The notes beneath the pieces were generated by a model that had not been told where the DNA came from, made no database searches, and worked only from the letters and a program-made list of their open reading frames with translations. A DNA stretch of 64,000 nt from NCBI GenBank assembly GCA_963798485.1, contig CAWCTR010000021.1:128001-192000 (forward strand), read 5' to 3'. Source of the stretch: an uncultured delta proteobacterium (lineage in GTDB: Bacteria > Desulfobacterota > Desulfomonilia > UBA1062). The stretch's first letter is position 1, and each line of letters opens with the position of its first letter. Shown one piece after another: positions 9,678-19,999 of this stretch. The translations under genes were made by a program, and so were the position numbers.

Positions 9678-11846
9678 TTAGAACTCCACAAACCCACCAC
9701 CCGCATCATCTTCATCCGCCTGGACTTCAGCGGCGCTCGCCTCTTCCCAGAATTCCAGAAGCATGACCGTGAAGTCGTCATCAAGGGCCTCTTTGCAGTT
9801 AAATGAGCGTACGTCTAACTCTATGGCCTCGATGACGGCATTGCCCCGCATGGTCTGGATGGCATTATGGAAACAATGGATTAGCCGAGCCTTGCCATAC
9901 TGCTCAGCCTGATCGTTCTCAGTCTCCAGGATACAGTCGGTGTACATGAGCAGCGCATCGCCCCTCTCGATGTTGTTCTCACACTTTTCCTCGTAACCTC
10001 CATCCTCAAAGGAGCCGAGGAAGAAGCCATCCGTATCCAACTCAAGTATCTCACCCGTGGCTCTTTTAAAGAGCAGCGGGGTAGGGTGGCCTGCATTGGA
10101 GTAGGTAATGGACTTGGCATGACGGTCTGTGAGAACAAAGAAAGCCGTGATGTAGTCCTCATCCAGCACTGGTTTCAATTCACCGTTGAGCATGTGCATG
10201 AGGATTGTGGGGCTTGCCACGGTCGCGGCCAGGGCGTGAAAGCTCATCTTGAACATGGAAGAGATAAGGGCGGCAGCCACGCCATGGCCGGAGACATCGG
10301 CAATAATAAAGCCCGTCTGGCCCCCTCCCAGGTTGACGACATCGTACAGGTCTCCCCCGATATGAATTGAAGGGATATATTTGCAGGTAAAGCTCACGCC
10401 GTTCATGTTTTCAAAGGTATCGGGCAACAGGCTCTTCTGGAGCCTGGCAGCCATTTCAAGCTCATCTATCATCCGTTGGTTCTGGGCGTGGATGATTTCA
10501 TTTTTCTCCTCCATCTCAGCCAGTGTGATGGTGAGGTGTGCAGCCTGCTCCTCCATGAGGTCCTTGGTTTCGGCACTCTCCATGAGGAGCCGTTCCATTT
10601 CTTCTTTTTGCCTGATTGTTTCTGTCACGTCGGTAAAGAGGATGGCCGTAAACTTGCCGCCTTCTCTGGGTTCTACCGTGTGCATGGTTTTTTCAAGGTA
10701 GCGCTGATCAAAATCGCCAAGCTCAAGTGTTATCTGTTTGTCCTTTGACGAGATCAGATTTTTTATAATCTCGGGGACATCGTCCATGGTTTTCCCCAGA
10801 ACGTCTGATGATTTTACGGATGTTATTTTTTGAGCTGTTTTATTCAAGAGGATAACCTCGTTTTTATCAGAGACGACAAGGAGGCCGGATGGAAATGATT
10901 TTAAGAGCTGGACGATGAATTCATCACGAATAATGCGCTCAGGGGTCCACTGCTTTGATTTACTTACTTTATCTTTCCGGTATACAAGTCGCACACTGTT
11001 TCCACATCCCTCATATCTTACCTCTGTGAAAAACGTCTTGGCTATCTGGACACCAAGGCCGCTGCCGATGTGGGCATTGGGGTCAGGGTTGAATTTATTT
11101 TTATAATCAAAACCTTCACCCTCGTCTATGACATGATACTCTAACGTGTTCTGGTCCATGTGGATATCAAGGGTTACCATACGCTCGGCATATTTCGGAT
11201 TCTTCTTCCGCTGCCTTACCAGGTTCTCAAAAGAGCCCTTCTTAACCGCCTTTGCCTTTTCATCCATGGTGATACCCAGGTTGCCATGCTCAACAGCATT
11301 AAGTACGATTTCCCCGAGCGCCATTTTCAGCATCTCAGTATCTTCACAGACCTTTCTTGCATTTATTACAGCCTGATTTATGACATAGGGGATTCTGTCC
11401 AAATCGCTCTCAAAGACAAGGGTCTTGTCTTCACTGATAACACTCTGACCATCCGGCTCAATGCCCAGGCAGAAAAACCGCTGATGATTCAGTATCCTCT
11501 GTATCGACTCAAGGAAAGCTGTTATGCCGATAGGCTTGATAAGATAATCCAAGGCCCCAAGCCTCATACATTGAAGGACTAAAAATCCATCCACTTTTTC
11601 AGATGAGACTATAACCATGGACCCAGGGCTTGCCTGTGAAATTTGGTTGAGGGCCAGGAGGCCTGATTCATCTGCAGGGTCTAATGAGAGGACTACGAGA
11701 TCCGGTTTGTCCTGAATGACCTGCGTCAATCCATCATCTGGAGAATAGGCAACCTTGGCTTTAAATCCTTTTCGGGAAAGTTTTTTGACCAGATCCCGCG
11801 AAGCCCTGTCGGGATCAATGATAAGTACATTTTGAATCAACTTCAT
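9678..11846 (-). CDS. Multidomain partner-switching regulator: pseudo-receiver + RsbW-like HATPase kinase + PAS + SpoIIE/PP2C phosphatase
   Basis: REC fold ending GALDYLIKP; kinase boxes ALGEIVLNAVEHGN, DEGEGFD and GSGLG; PAS-like segment; coiled coil; PP2C motifs GGDLYD, IADVSGHGVAAAL, NAGHP, YTD and DDDFT. Confidence 0.88.
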   Translation of the reverse strand: MKLIQNVLIIDPDRASRDLVKKLSRKGFKAKVAYSPDDGLTQVIQDKPDLVVLSLDPADESGLLALNQISQASPGSMVIVSSEKVDGFLVLQCMRLGALDYLIKPIGITAFLESIQRILNHQRFFCLGIEPDGQSVISEDKTLVFESDLDRIPYVINQAVINARKVCEDTEMLKMALGEIVLNAVEHGNLGITMDEKAKAVKKGSFENLVRQRKKNPKYAERMVTLDIHMDQNTLEYHVIDEGEGFDYKNKFNPDPNAHIGSGLGVQIAKTFFTEVRYEGCGNSVRLVYRKDKVSKSKQWTPERIIRDEFIVQLLKSFPSGLLVVSDKNEVILLNKTAQKITSVKSSDVLGKTMDDVPEIIKNLISSKDKQITLELGDFDQRYLEKTMHTVEPREGGKFTAILFTDVTETIRQKEEMERLLMESAETKDLMEEQAAHLTITLAEMEEKNEIIHAQNQRMIDELEMAARLQKSLLPDTFENMNGVSFTCKYIPSIHIGGDLYDVVNLGGGQTGFIIADVSGHGVAAALISSMFKMSFHALAATVASPTILMHMLNGELKPVLDEDYITAFFVLTDRHAKSITYSNAGHPTPLLFKRATGEILELDTDGFFLGSFEDGGYEEKCENNIERGDALLMYTDCILETENDQAEQYGKARLIHCFHNAIQTMRGNAVIEAIELDVRSFNCKEALDDDFTVMLLEFWEEASAAEVQADEDDAGGGFVEF

Positions 11847-11862
11847 AACATAGTGCCTTTTA

Positions 11863-12978
11863 TCACGAACTGTTTGCTGACCTTATATCGCCTAATGATC
11901 CTTTATCATGCTTGCTCATGTTCATGATAAAACCGGGTATGGAGAGCAATGGGAGGACCTTTGCCACACCCCCCATCTCGATAGCGACCTTGGGCATGCC
12001 AAAAACAACGCAGCTCTCTTCATCCTGTGCAATGGTGAAGGCGCCTGCCTGTTTCATCTCGCGCATGCCGCGTGCGCCGTCGTCACCCATGCCGGTGAGG
12101 ATGACACCCAGGGCGTTAGGGCCCAAGGTGTTGGCTGCCGACCTGAATAATACATCCACGGAAGGAATATGCCGGTTGACAGGCGGCCCTTCTTTTATCC
12201 TCACAAAGTATCCCTTGGGGCCCTTGTTTACAATCATATGCTTGCCGCCGGGTGCAATAAGGGCAAGACCCGTTCTGAGCCCATCATTGTCCTTTGCCTC
12301 AACAACGGTCATGGCGGATAATCCGTTCACCCTCTTGGCAAAAGAGTTTGTAAAGACCGGAGGCATGTGCTGTACGATAAGCGTCGGCGGTGCATCTGCC
12401 GGGAGCTTGTTGAGGATCTGTTCCAGTGCCACTGTTCCGCCAGTAGAGGCACCGATGACAAAAATCGGCTGCCCTTCAATAACAGGCGCAGACTTCTCGG
12501 CCTTGATGATCACATCCATGCCCAGATTTGGAGGGACCTCAAGATTCGGGGGCGAGACAGCCTTCTTCAGCTTGGCAGTAGAGGCCGCCTTGACCTTTGA
12601 GCAGAGGTCTATCCGCAGGTCCTCTATGCCTTCAGTGATTTTAAACCTTGGCTTTGTCATGAAATCAATGGCGCCCAGGGAAAGGGCCTTCATGGTGGCG
12701 TCTGCGCCCTGTTCGGTGAGTGATGAAAACATCACAACAGGCATGGGGAATGATCGCATGAGCCTTGAAAGGAAGGTGAGGCCATCCATTTTGGGCATCT
12801 CGATATCAAGGGTAAGCACATCGGGTTTGAGATCTTTGATCTTTCGTATGGCAATTAAAGGATCAGGGGCGGTGCCGACGATCTCGATGTGAGGATCTGA
12901 CTCGAGGATATCCTTGAGAAGCATTCTCACGAGTGCCGAATCATCTATAATGAGTACTTTTACTTTATCCACATTCAT
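11863..12978 (-). CDS. cheB: Chemotaxis response regulator protein-glutamate methylesterase
   Basis: REC domain (TLDIEMP) plus esterase motifs GASTGG, QHMP and ILTGMGDDGA. Confidence 0.97.
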   Translation of the reverse strand: MNVDKVKVLIIDDSALVRMLLKDILESDPHIEIVGTAPDPLIAIRKIKDLKPDVLTLDIEMPKMDGLTFLSRLMRSFPMPVVMFSSLTEQGADATMKALSLGAIDFMTKPRFKITEGIEDLRIDLCSKVKAASTAKLKKAVSPPNLEVPPNLGMDVIIKAEKSAPVIEGQPIFVIGASTGGTVALEQILNKLPADAPPTLIVQHMPPVFTNSFAKRVNGLSAMTVVEAKDNDGLRTGLALIAPGGKHMIVNKGPKGYFVRIKEGPPVNRHIPSVDVLFRSAANTLGPNALGVILTGMGDDGARGMREMKQAGAFTIAQDEESCVVFGMPKVAIEMGGVAKVLPLLSIPGFIMNMSKHDKGSLGDIRSANSS

Positions 12979-12982
12979 CTCA

Positions 12983-13576
12983 CTAGAATAGCGTTAGTTC
13001 TCCGCCTTCGACCTGGAGCCTTTCCTGCTCCTGGAAGAGCTTTGTCTTATAGGCCTGCTCTGCCTCAATGATTTTGGAATCTACCGTTGATTTGAGCCTC
13101 TTGAGAAGGACCTTGCCGGTGTCTGGAAAGTAGAGGACCTTTCTTCCGGAATAACCGCCCACATCCTCTTTTATGATCTCTATCTGTTCCATCTTTAAGA
13201 AGGCCCTTACAAAATCAATGTTTGACTCGGGAACATTGCCATCGGTCTTCCTGAAATTCAATACATGGCCGCCCCCGAACACCTTTGCCTGAAAGTGTTT
13301 CTGTGAGCCGCCCTTTTTGAGCATATCATTAATGAGCTGCTCCATCGCGAACATACCGTACTTTGCGGATGCAGACAGAAAAAGGCCATCTGAACGGACA
13401 TCGCCGGGCAGCATGAAGTGGTTCATACCGCCTATGCCTGTCTTTGTATCTTTAATACAAACAGAGATACAGGAACCTAATACTGTAGCGATGATATCGT
13501 TAGGGCTCACATAGAACTCGCCAGGATAGATGATCACCATGGTGCGGTTGAATTTTGGGCTGTGCTTTTTATACAT
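12983..13576 (-). CDS. cheD: Chemoreceptor glutamine deamidase
   Basis: TVLGSCISVC, GGMNHFMLP, AKVFGGG and EDVGG motifs. Confidence 0.95.
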   Translation of the reverse strand: MYKKHSPKFNRTMVIIYPGEFYVSPNDIIATVLGSCISVCIKDTKTGIGGMNHFMLPGDVRSDGLFLSASAKYGMFAMEQLINDMLKKGGSQKHFQAKVFGGGHVLNFRKTDGNVPESNIDFVRAFLKMEQIEIIKEDVGGYSGRKVLYFPDTGKVLLKRLKSTVDSKIIEAEQAYKTKLFQEQERLQVEGGELTLF

Positions 13577-13577
13577 G

Positions 13578-14423
13578 CTACACCTTTATGTATACCGTAT
13601 GTTTGAGAAACTTGAAGAGGTGTTTCATGTACATGAGAGACTCCGAATGTCCGACAAACATATAGCCTTTATCTCTGAGATGGCTGTGATACTTTTTTAT
13701 AAGATCCTTTTTGGTTTCATCATCAAAATAGATCATCACATTCCTGCAGAAGATGATGTCAAAGGGTTTTTTCATGGGGAATGCAAGGTCCATAAGATTA
13801 AGCTTCCTGAAAGCGATCATGGCCTTGATCTGCGGGCTTACCTCGTATCCTTGAGATGACCTGACAAAGTATTTAGACAGGTAGCCTATAGGCACGGGTG
13901 TGATTTGCTGGCTTGAATAGACACCTTTGGCGGCCTTCATAAGGATATCGGTATCAAGGTCCGTGGCGAGGATCTTCAGGTCCCATCCGCGTTCGTCCTT
14001 AAAGAAATCAGCAATAGTCATGGCGAGGCTGTAGGGTTCTTCTCCGGAAGAGCATCCGGCGGACCATATCCTTAATCGTCTTTGGCCGCCTCTCCTTGCC
14101 GTATCGATATAAGAGGGGAAGATCTCGTCTACCAGAAAGTCAAAGTGATGTTTTTCCCGGAAGAAGTCCGTTTTATTCGTGGTGATACGGTTGATAAGAT
14201 TATTGAGTTCATCCGATGCATTTGAGCTTGTATTGAGATACTCGTAATACTCTGAAAAATTTGAAAGATTAAGTGCCCTGAGTCTCTTTGAAAGGCGTGC
14301 GACAACCAGATTCCTCTTCTTCTCGGTCATCTGGATACCGGTTTGACGGTAAATGATGTCCCGGAAGAGCTGGAATTCTTTTTCTGTGATGGAGAATGAT
14401 TGTGCGCACAGCGTCGGCGTCAT
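13578..14423 (-). CDS. cheR: Chemotaxis protein-glutamate methyltransferase
   Basis: TTNKTDFFRE, IWSAGCSSGEEPYS, FDIIFCRNVMIYF and VGHSES motifs. Confidence 0.97.
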   Translation of the reverse strand: MTPTLCAQSFSITEKEFQLFRDIIYRQTGIQMTEKKRNLVVARLSKRLRALNLSNFSEYYEYLNTSSNASDELNNLINRITTNKTDFFREKHHFDFLVDEIFPSYIDTARRGGQRRLRIWSAGCSSGEEPYSLAMTIADFFKDERGWDLKILATDLDTDILMKAAKGVYSSQQITPVPIGYLSKYFVRSSQGYEVSPQIKAMIAFRKLNLMDLAFPMKKPFDIIFCRNVMIYFDDETKKDLIKKYHSHLRDKGYMFVGHSESLMYMKHLFKFLKHTVYIKV

Positions 14424-14911
14424 ACACCATCGACCATATTCAATTCGTCATCCGAGAGAAGCTTGTCTACATCGAGCAGGATGATGAACTTTTTGTCTTT
14501 GATTCCCATTCCGGAGATGAACTCAGTACTGATCCCTGTTGAGAAATGAGGCCGTGGTTTGATATCCGCATTGTTCAGCGTCAGGACATCGCTTACCGCA
14601 TCCACTACAAGTCCCATAATCCTGCCTGACACATCCAGGATCATGATGACGGTAAACTGATCATAGTCCTTCAGTTCCATACCGAACCGTTCCCTCAGGT
14701 CAATGACAGGCACCACGATCCCCCTGAGATTAAGCACCCCCTTGATGAAACTCGGGACATAGGGGATAGTGGTACAGCTCTGGTATGCAATAATCTCATT
14801 GAGCTTGAGGATGGATATACCATAAGTTTCCGCCCCCAATTGGAAGGTTACAAACTGGTTGGTCAGGTTTTTTTCCGTAACATTGTTTGTTGAAATAGGT
14901 GCACTCTTCAT
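14420..14911 (-). CDS. cheW: Chemotaxis coupling protein
   Basis: GVLNLRGIVVPVIDLRERF and GLVVDAVSDV motifs. Confidence 0.96.
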   Translation of the reverse strand: MKSAPISTNNVTEKNLTNQFVTFQLGAETYGISILKLNEIIAYQSCTTIPYVPSFIKGVLNLRGIVVPVIDLRERFGMELKDYDQFTVIMILDVSGRIMGLVVDAVSDVLTLNNADIKPRPHFSTGISTEFISGMGIKDKKFIILLDVDKLLSDDELNMVDGV

Positions 14912-16551
14912 TAGAATTCCTCAAAATCGTCTTCGAAATCAGCGGCTGTGGCCTTAATGGGCTCAGTTTTTGTTTTAACCGGTAGCTGTTTCTTCACGAC
15001 GTTTCTTTTAACCTTGGATGGCTGCTCATCCCTGGATACCTTGAACCGTGCAACCGTTTTGGCAAGGTCATTTGCTTCATTGCTGAGGTTGTCCGAGGTG
15101 CTCGCAAGCTCCTCGACCGTGGTTGCGTTCTGCTGGGTAGTGGTATCGATTTGTGAAACAGCCCGGTTCAACTCGTCCACACCGCTTGCCTGCTCGCTGC
15201 TTGCCGCTGCGATCTCTTCCATAACCTGGGAGAGGTCCTGGATGTGCTTTATAATCTGATCAAGCGACTCGCCGGATTTCTTCACCATGATGTCGCCGGC
15301 GCTTATCTTGCCCACCGTGTCTTCAATCAATGCCTTGATCTGCCGTGAGGCATCGGCCGACCTCTGGGCCAATGCCCTCACTTCTTCGGCCACAACTGCG
15401 AAGCCCTTGCCGTGCTCTCCCGCTCTTGCGGCCTCAACGGCTGCGTTTAAGGCCAGAAGGTTGGTCTGGAAGGCCACCTCATTAACCGTAACAATGATAT
15501 CGCCGATCTTCTTGGATGCCTCTGATATCTCGCTCATACCCCTGACAAGTTCTTGAGCGGCATCGCCGCTCTGAGATGCCATGCGCACCATATCGGTGGC
15601 CTTCTGGCGGCCGTCTGTTGCATTCTCTGCATTGTGCTTGATAGACGAGGTCATCTGCTCGATGGTTGCTGCAACCTCCTCGATGGCGGACGCCTGCTCC
15701 TGGGTGGCATGAGAAAGGCCCTGTGCGCCTCCCGCAACCTCCTGGGTGGCTGTGCCTACCTGTTCAGATGAGTGTTTCACCTTGGTCATGACCTCTTCGA
15801 GGTTCCCCACAAAGGTATTGAACCAGGATGCGATCTCACCGATTTCATCTGTGGAGACCTTGGGCAGTCTCTTGGAGAGGTCGGCCTCGCCCTGGGCGAT
15901 ATCCATCATGCATGCGGAAATGTCCCTTGCCCGCCGGGCGATCCTGCCTGCAAACACAGCACCGATTAAAGCCACAACAAGGCAAGAGACAAAAAGGAAT
16001 ATATACATCTGGATCTGCATAGTCCGGACATCGGCTGTAACTTCTGCTTCGGGTGCTGTTGCCAAGATTATCCAATTCAAGGATTTGATGTAGTTTGCAT
16101 AACTCAATTTCTTTTCACCAGCAAAGGTGTAGTATGTTACACCTTTTTTCTTTTCGACGATATTTCGTATATAATCATAGGAGTCATTAAGGGTTTTGTT
16201 ATTGCGAAATTCGGCCTTGGGATGGTAGATGCATGTACCATCAGGGGCGAAGATTATAAGGTAGCCCGACTCGAAGTACTTCTCTTTTGACGCCTCGTCG
16301 ATGAGGTCGGTCTTGAGAGATTTCGTGAGCTGTTCCTTGATTATATCAAGGTTCCCCTCGATGGAGGCACTACGCACCTCAGCCATCCTGGCAAAGGAAT
16401 CAACCTTAACCTTAAGGTAGTTGAGAGCCTGCTTTTGCATGAAGCTGCTGGTGCTGATTCCAACATAGATGATAGCCACAAGAAGTGGTATCAGCCCGGA
16501 GCAAACGACAAGGGCCGTTAGCCGACCTCGGAGTTTCCAATTGAATGCCAT
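14911..16551 (-). CDS. Methyl-accepting chemotaxis protein (TM-Cache-TM-HAMP-signalling)
   Basis: Two TM segments, HAMP ([11 protein letters not shown]) and hairpin tip [32 protein letters not shown]. Confidence 0.96.
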   Translation of the reverse strand: MAFNWKLRGRLTALVVCSGLIPLLVAIIYVGISTSSFMQKQALNYLKVKVDSFARMAEVRSASIEGNLDIIKEQLTKSLKTDLIDEASKEKYFESGYLIIFAPDGTCIYHPKAEFRNNKTLNDSYDYIRNIVEKKKGVTYYTFAGEKKLSYANYIKSLNWIILATAPEAEVTADVRTMQIQMYIFLFVSCLVVALIGAVFAGRIARRARDISACMMDIAQGEADLSKRLPKVSTDEIGEIASWFNTFVGNLEEVMTKVKHSSEQVGTATQEVAGGAQGLSHATQEQASAIEEVAATIEQMTSSIKHNAENATDGRQKATDMVRMASQSGDAAQELVRGMSEISEASKKIGDIIVTVNEVAFQTNLLALNAAVEAARAGEHGKGFAVVAEEVRALAQRSADASRQIKALIEDTVGKISAGDIMVKKSGESLDQIIKHIQDLSQVMEEIAAASSEQASGVDELNRAVSQIDTTTQQNATTVEELASTSDNLSNEANDLAKTVARFKVSRDEQPSKVKRNVVKKQLPVKTKTEPIKATAADFEDDFEEF

Positions 16552-16610
16552 ATTTACTCCTTTCCACCAATTTTTAACTAGGTTTTCTCATCCCAGTCAG
16601 ACTGCACTCC

Positions 16611-18698
16611 TTAACGAAAGGCCATACGCTCAATACTATATACGTCCAGGATCAATGAAACCTTGCCGTTGCCGAGAATGGTGGCCCCGGATGTGCCCTC
16701 AATCTTTTTGAAATTTTTATCAATGCTCTTGATAACGGCCTGCATCTGGCCGAGCACGTCGTCAACCAGGATGCCGAACCTGTTCTGCTCGCCATGGAGG
16801 ACTACCACGAGCGCCTCGGTAGGGTCTATCTTGACGGAAGGGAGGTTAAAGAGCTGGTAGAGCCGGACCAAAGGGAGGTAGTCCCCCCTGATATCCACAA
16901 GCTCGCCTTTACCTTCTACGGTCTTGATTTCGGTCCGTGATGGACGCACTGATTTATCTATAACTGAAAGCGGAATGGTCAGCACTTCGGTGCCGATCTT
17001 TACCATCATACCGTCAATAATGGCCAGTGTCAGAGGTAGCTTAATCCTGAATGTGGAGCCTTTGCCTTCCTCGGAAGTGATCTCGACGCTACCCCTGAGG
17101 TCCTCTATGTTTCTTTTCACAACATCCATACCGACCCCTCTGCCTGATAATTCGCTGACGTTTTCAGAAGTCGAAAGGCCTGGGGCAAAGAGCATATCGA
17201 AGATCTCCTTGTCGGTGTATGACTTCCCGGCCTCGGCCTGCCCTTTTTCAACGGCCTTGGCCAGCACCCTTTTCTTGTCGATGCCTTTACCGTCATCTGA
17301 TATTTCGATGAAGATATTACCCTCGCGCTGAAATGCCTTAAGCCATATGATTCCGATCTCAGACTTGCCTATCCGACGCCTTTCTTCGGGCATTTCAATG
17401 CCGTGGTCTATTGAATTACGGATCATGTGTTTTAACGGATCACTGATCTGTTCTATGACGTTTTTGTCGAGCTCTGTCTCGGTCCCGGACATTTTTATCT
17501 CAATCTTCTTGCCCAACTCGAAAGAGAGGTCCCTGACCACCCTGCGGAAGCGGTTAAACGTGCCTTCCACCGGGACCATACGAACCCGCATGACCTGTTC
17601 CTGAAGATCGCGCGATATACGCTCAAGGGCTGATATTGCCCCTTGCAATGATCGTGAGAGGGCCATATCCGCAATATCGCTTGCGCATTGTGACATGCGG
17701 GCTACGGATATAACCATCTCGCCTACAAGGTTAACAAGCTTGTCCAGCTTGTCGGTATCCACCCTGATGGTGGAAGATTTTGTGATCTTCCTGCTCTGGG
17801 ATTGGGCCAGGGCCATTTTTTCCACAGCATCCCTTGACACCTTGCCCTTTTCCACAAGGGCCTGGCCTGTGGTCTTATGTTCCTTGAGGGCTTCTTCGAC
17901 ATCACTCTCCGTGACAAGGCCCTTTTCTACAAGGATCTCACCAATGGGTTTTTCCGCAAGCGTGAGGTCAACACCCTCTTTGTATTGAGATGATATGTCG
18001 GCGACTGAAATCTCGTTTTCATCCATTACAAAGATGAAGACATTGTTTACATCGCTCATGGGACGCGATGTCCGAATGATGATATCCCAGGATGTGTAAC
18101 ATGTCGTAGGCACAAGGTTGTATAAGTCTGGGATGGCATCTGCATAAACCCGTGACTCGATAATTTCTCCAAGATCTTTTAATTCCTGGATGAGCATAAT
18201 GGGGTCTTGACCTGTGGCGAGGATGTCAGGCCTGAATTTCATGATGACTGAGATAATCTTTTCTCCAGATTTGTCTTTTCTTGACTGATCACTTAGGGTA
18301 TCACCTGTGGGTTTTGCAGCGCCGGAAAAACGTTTGAGCGATTGTACGAACTGCTCAATCTCTTTTTCATCTATCTCTTCACCCTCACTGCAGGCTGCAA
18401 TCAAACGCTTCAAGAAGTCAACCGAGGCAAGCATCGTGGAAATGAGCTTTTTCGTGATGGTCAGGTCCTTTTTACGAATTCTATCAAGAATATTTTCAAG
18501 GGTATGGGTATAATTGCTGACACTGTCGAATCCTACAAGACCGGCAGACCCTTTTATCGTATGGGCTGCTCGAAAGATCCTGTTGATTGTGTCTTCATCT
18601 TCTTTGTCTTCTTCGAGTCTGATGAGACCGGATTCCAGCTCGCGAATCTCATCCTCACTCTCTTCCATGAACACCTTGACGAGTTCATCCATTGCCAT
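16611..18698 (-). CDS. cheA: Chemotaxis histidine kinase
   Basis: Hpt IFRAAHTIKG, dimerisation IRVDTDKLDKLVNLVGE, HATPase RNSIDHG/DDGKG/SGRGVGMDVV, and a C-terminal CheW-like domain. Confidence 0.97.
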   Translation of the reverse strand: MAMDELVKVFMEESEDEIRELESGLIRLEEDKEDEDTINRIFRAAHTIKGSAGLVGFDSVSNYTHTLENILDRIRKKDLTITKKLISTMLASVDFLKRLIAACSEGEEIDEKEIEQFVQSLKRFSGAAKPTGDTLSDQSRKDKSGEKIISVIMKFRPDILATGQDPIMLIQELKDLGEIIESRVYADAIPDLYNLVPTTCYTSWDIIIRTSRPMSDVNNVFIFVMDENEISVADISSQYKEGVDLTLAEKPIGEILVEKGLVTESDVEEALKEHKTTGQALVEKGKVSRDAVEKMALAQSQSRKITKSSTIRVDTDKLDKLVNLVGEMVISVARMSQCASDIADMALSRSLQGAISALERISRDLQEQVMRVRMVPVEGTFNRFRRVVRDLSFELGKKIEIKMSGTETELDKNVIEQISDPLKHMIRNSIDHGIEMPEERRRIGKSEIGIIWLKAFQREGNIFIEISDDGKGIDKKRVLAKAVEKGQAEAGKSYTDKEIFDMLFAPGLSTSENVSELSGRGVGMDVVKRNIEDLRGSVEITSEEGKGSTFRIKLPLTLAIIDGMMVKIGTEVLTIPLSVIDKSVRPSRTEIKTVEGKGELVDIRGDYLPLVRLYQLFNLPSVKIDPTEALVVVLHGEQNRFGILVDDVLGQMQAVIKSIDKNFKKIEGTSGATILGNGKVSLILDVYSIERMAFR

Positions 18699-18701
18699 GG
18701 G

Positions 18702-19079
18702 TTACCTCATGAATTTTTTTGTGACATATACAAGCTGTTCCGGCTTAAAAGGCTTAACGAGCCAGCCGGAAGCCCCCGCCTGTTTTCCCTTGAGCTTCAT
18801 ATCATCCTGCGACTCTGTGGTGAGCACCAGGATTGGTAAAAATTTAAAAGGTGTCTTTTTTACTTCCTTGATAAAGGTGATCCCATCCATAACCGGCATG
18901 TTGATGTCGCTGATGATCATCCCTATCTGGTCTCCTTGTTTGTGGGCTTCCGCGAGCTTCTCTAAACCATCGGCCCCATTGATGGCGTTGATTGTCTCAA
19001 ATCCGGCTGATTTCAAAGTATAATTTACTGATGCCCGCAGCGTTGCTGAATCATCAACGACGAGGATTTTCTTTTTCAT
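18702..19079 (-). CDS. cheY: Single-domain response regulator
   Basis: VVDDS, ISDINMPVMDG, VLTTES and WLVKPF motifs; immediately upstream of cheA. Confidence 0.93.
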   Translation of the reverse strand: MKKKILVVDDSATLRASVNYTLKSAGFETINAINGADGLEKLAEAHKQGDQIGMIISDINMPVMDGITFIKEVKKTPFKFLPILVLTTESQDDMKLKGKQAGASGWLVKPFKPEQLVYVTKKFMR

Positions 19080-19381
19080 GGGAGGGCCTCCTTCAAGGGG
19101 ACGTTAAAACCCGAGAGGTCTATGATATCTCTGATGGATTGGTTTATCGCAAGTATGTGCAGCGTACCATCGACCTCAACGGTCTTCTTGAGAGAATACA
19201 GGAGTTGCAGGCCTGCAATATCAAGTTCCTCCACCTGGCTGAGGTTAATGGTAATATTCCGTGAGGATTCCTCAAGAAGCGACTCGATTTCGGAATGTAT
19301 CGACTCTATGTTTGTTACCACAAGATTGCCCTTGAAGACGATTGTTCCCTGGCTATCAGTGCTGATTTCCATCTTTCTCAC
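19076..19381 (-). CDS. STAS domain protein (chemotaxis-associated, no phosphoacceptor Ser)
   Basis: INLSQVEELDIAGLQLL STAS loop. Confidence 0.85.
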   Translation of the reverse strand: MRKMEISTDSQGTIVFKGNLVVTNIESIHSEIESLLEESSRNITINLSQVEELDIAGLQLLYSLKKTVEVDGTLHILAINQSIRDIIDLSGFNVPLKEALP

Positions 19382-19686
19382 CTCAGGGATATAGGAAAGA
19401 GCTTGTCCAGTTTCACTGCCTTGAAGATATTAAAGAGGTTTTCATGGATACCTTTAATCTCGAAACTTGCCTTAGAGCTATCAAGACTTTTAAAGAACAT
19501 GAGTATCTTGCCGATGCCTGAAGATCCCATGGTGGGAACCATCGATAGGTCCATAACTACCTTTTTCTGTCTCTGGCCTGTAATTTTATTTAGTTCTGTT
19601 CTGAGTATCTCGGCAGCGCTGGTATCTACGGCACCAGAAACCTTGACTATCAAAGTATCACCACTAACTTTTGTTGTCACATCCAT
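19378..19686 (-). CDS. STAS anti-sigma-factor antagonist (RsbV/SpoIIAA-like)
   Basis: VVMDLSMVPTMGSSGIG keeps the phosphorylatable Ser; C-terminal LDKLF motif. Confidence 0.88.
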   Translation of the reverse strand: MDVTTKVSGDTLIVKVSGAVDTSAAEILRTELNKITGQRQKKVVMDLSMVPTMGSSGIGKILMFFKSLDSSKASFEIKGIHENLFNIFKAVKLDKLFPISLR

Positions 19687-19751
19687 GCGAAGCCTCCTTT
19701 ATTGCGATTATATTTACCACTAAAACAGATCTGCTTATCCTTTTTTAATAC

Positions 19752-19779
19752 CATTCGGAAAGTCAGATCCTAATCTTTA
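19752..19779 (-). promoter_or_regulatory. sigma28 (FliA)-type promoter of the che operon
   Basis: Minus strand TAAA-GATTAGGATCTGACTT(16)-TCCGAATG, about 65 nt upstream of the first STAS gene. Confidence 0.65.
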
Positions 19780-19999
19780 TGGTATTGCAACAATAGTAAG
19801 GCAGATCAATAAATTATCATGTTACAAGACCACAAACAGCAGGAATTTAAAGGGGAACAAGCACATTGACAGACGCCTCAATGAGATATATCTAGATCCG
19901 ACGGGCAGGGGGTATTTACGTGAAGAAGATCGGGCATTACCGGAAGGTTTGCTTAATATCCACTGATAGTGCGATTCTGGGTACAGGCTGGATGGTTTC

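Noticed and set aside
11912-12892. 326-aa plus-strand ORF
   Set aside because: Antisense shadow of cheB with no recognisable motifs. The same applies to the many short antisense ORFs in the track.
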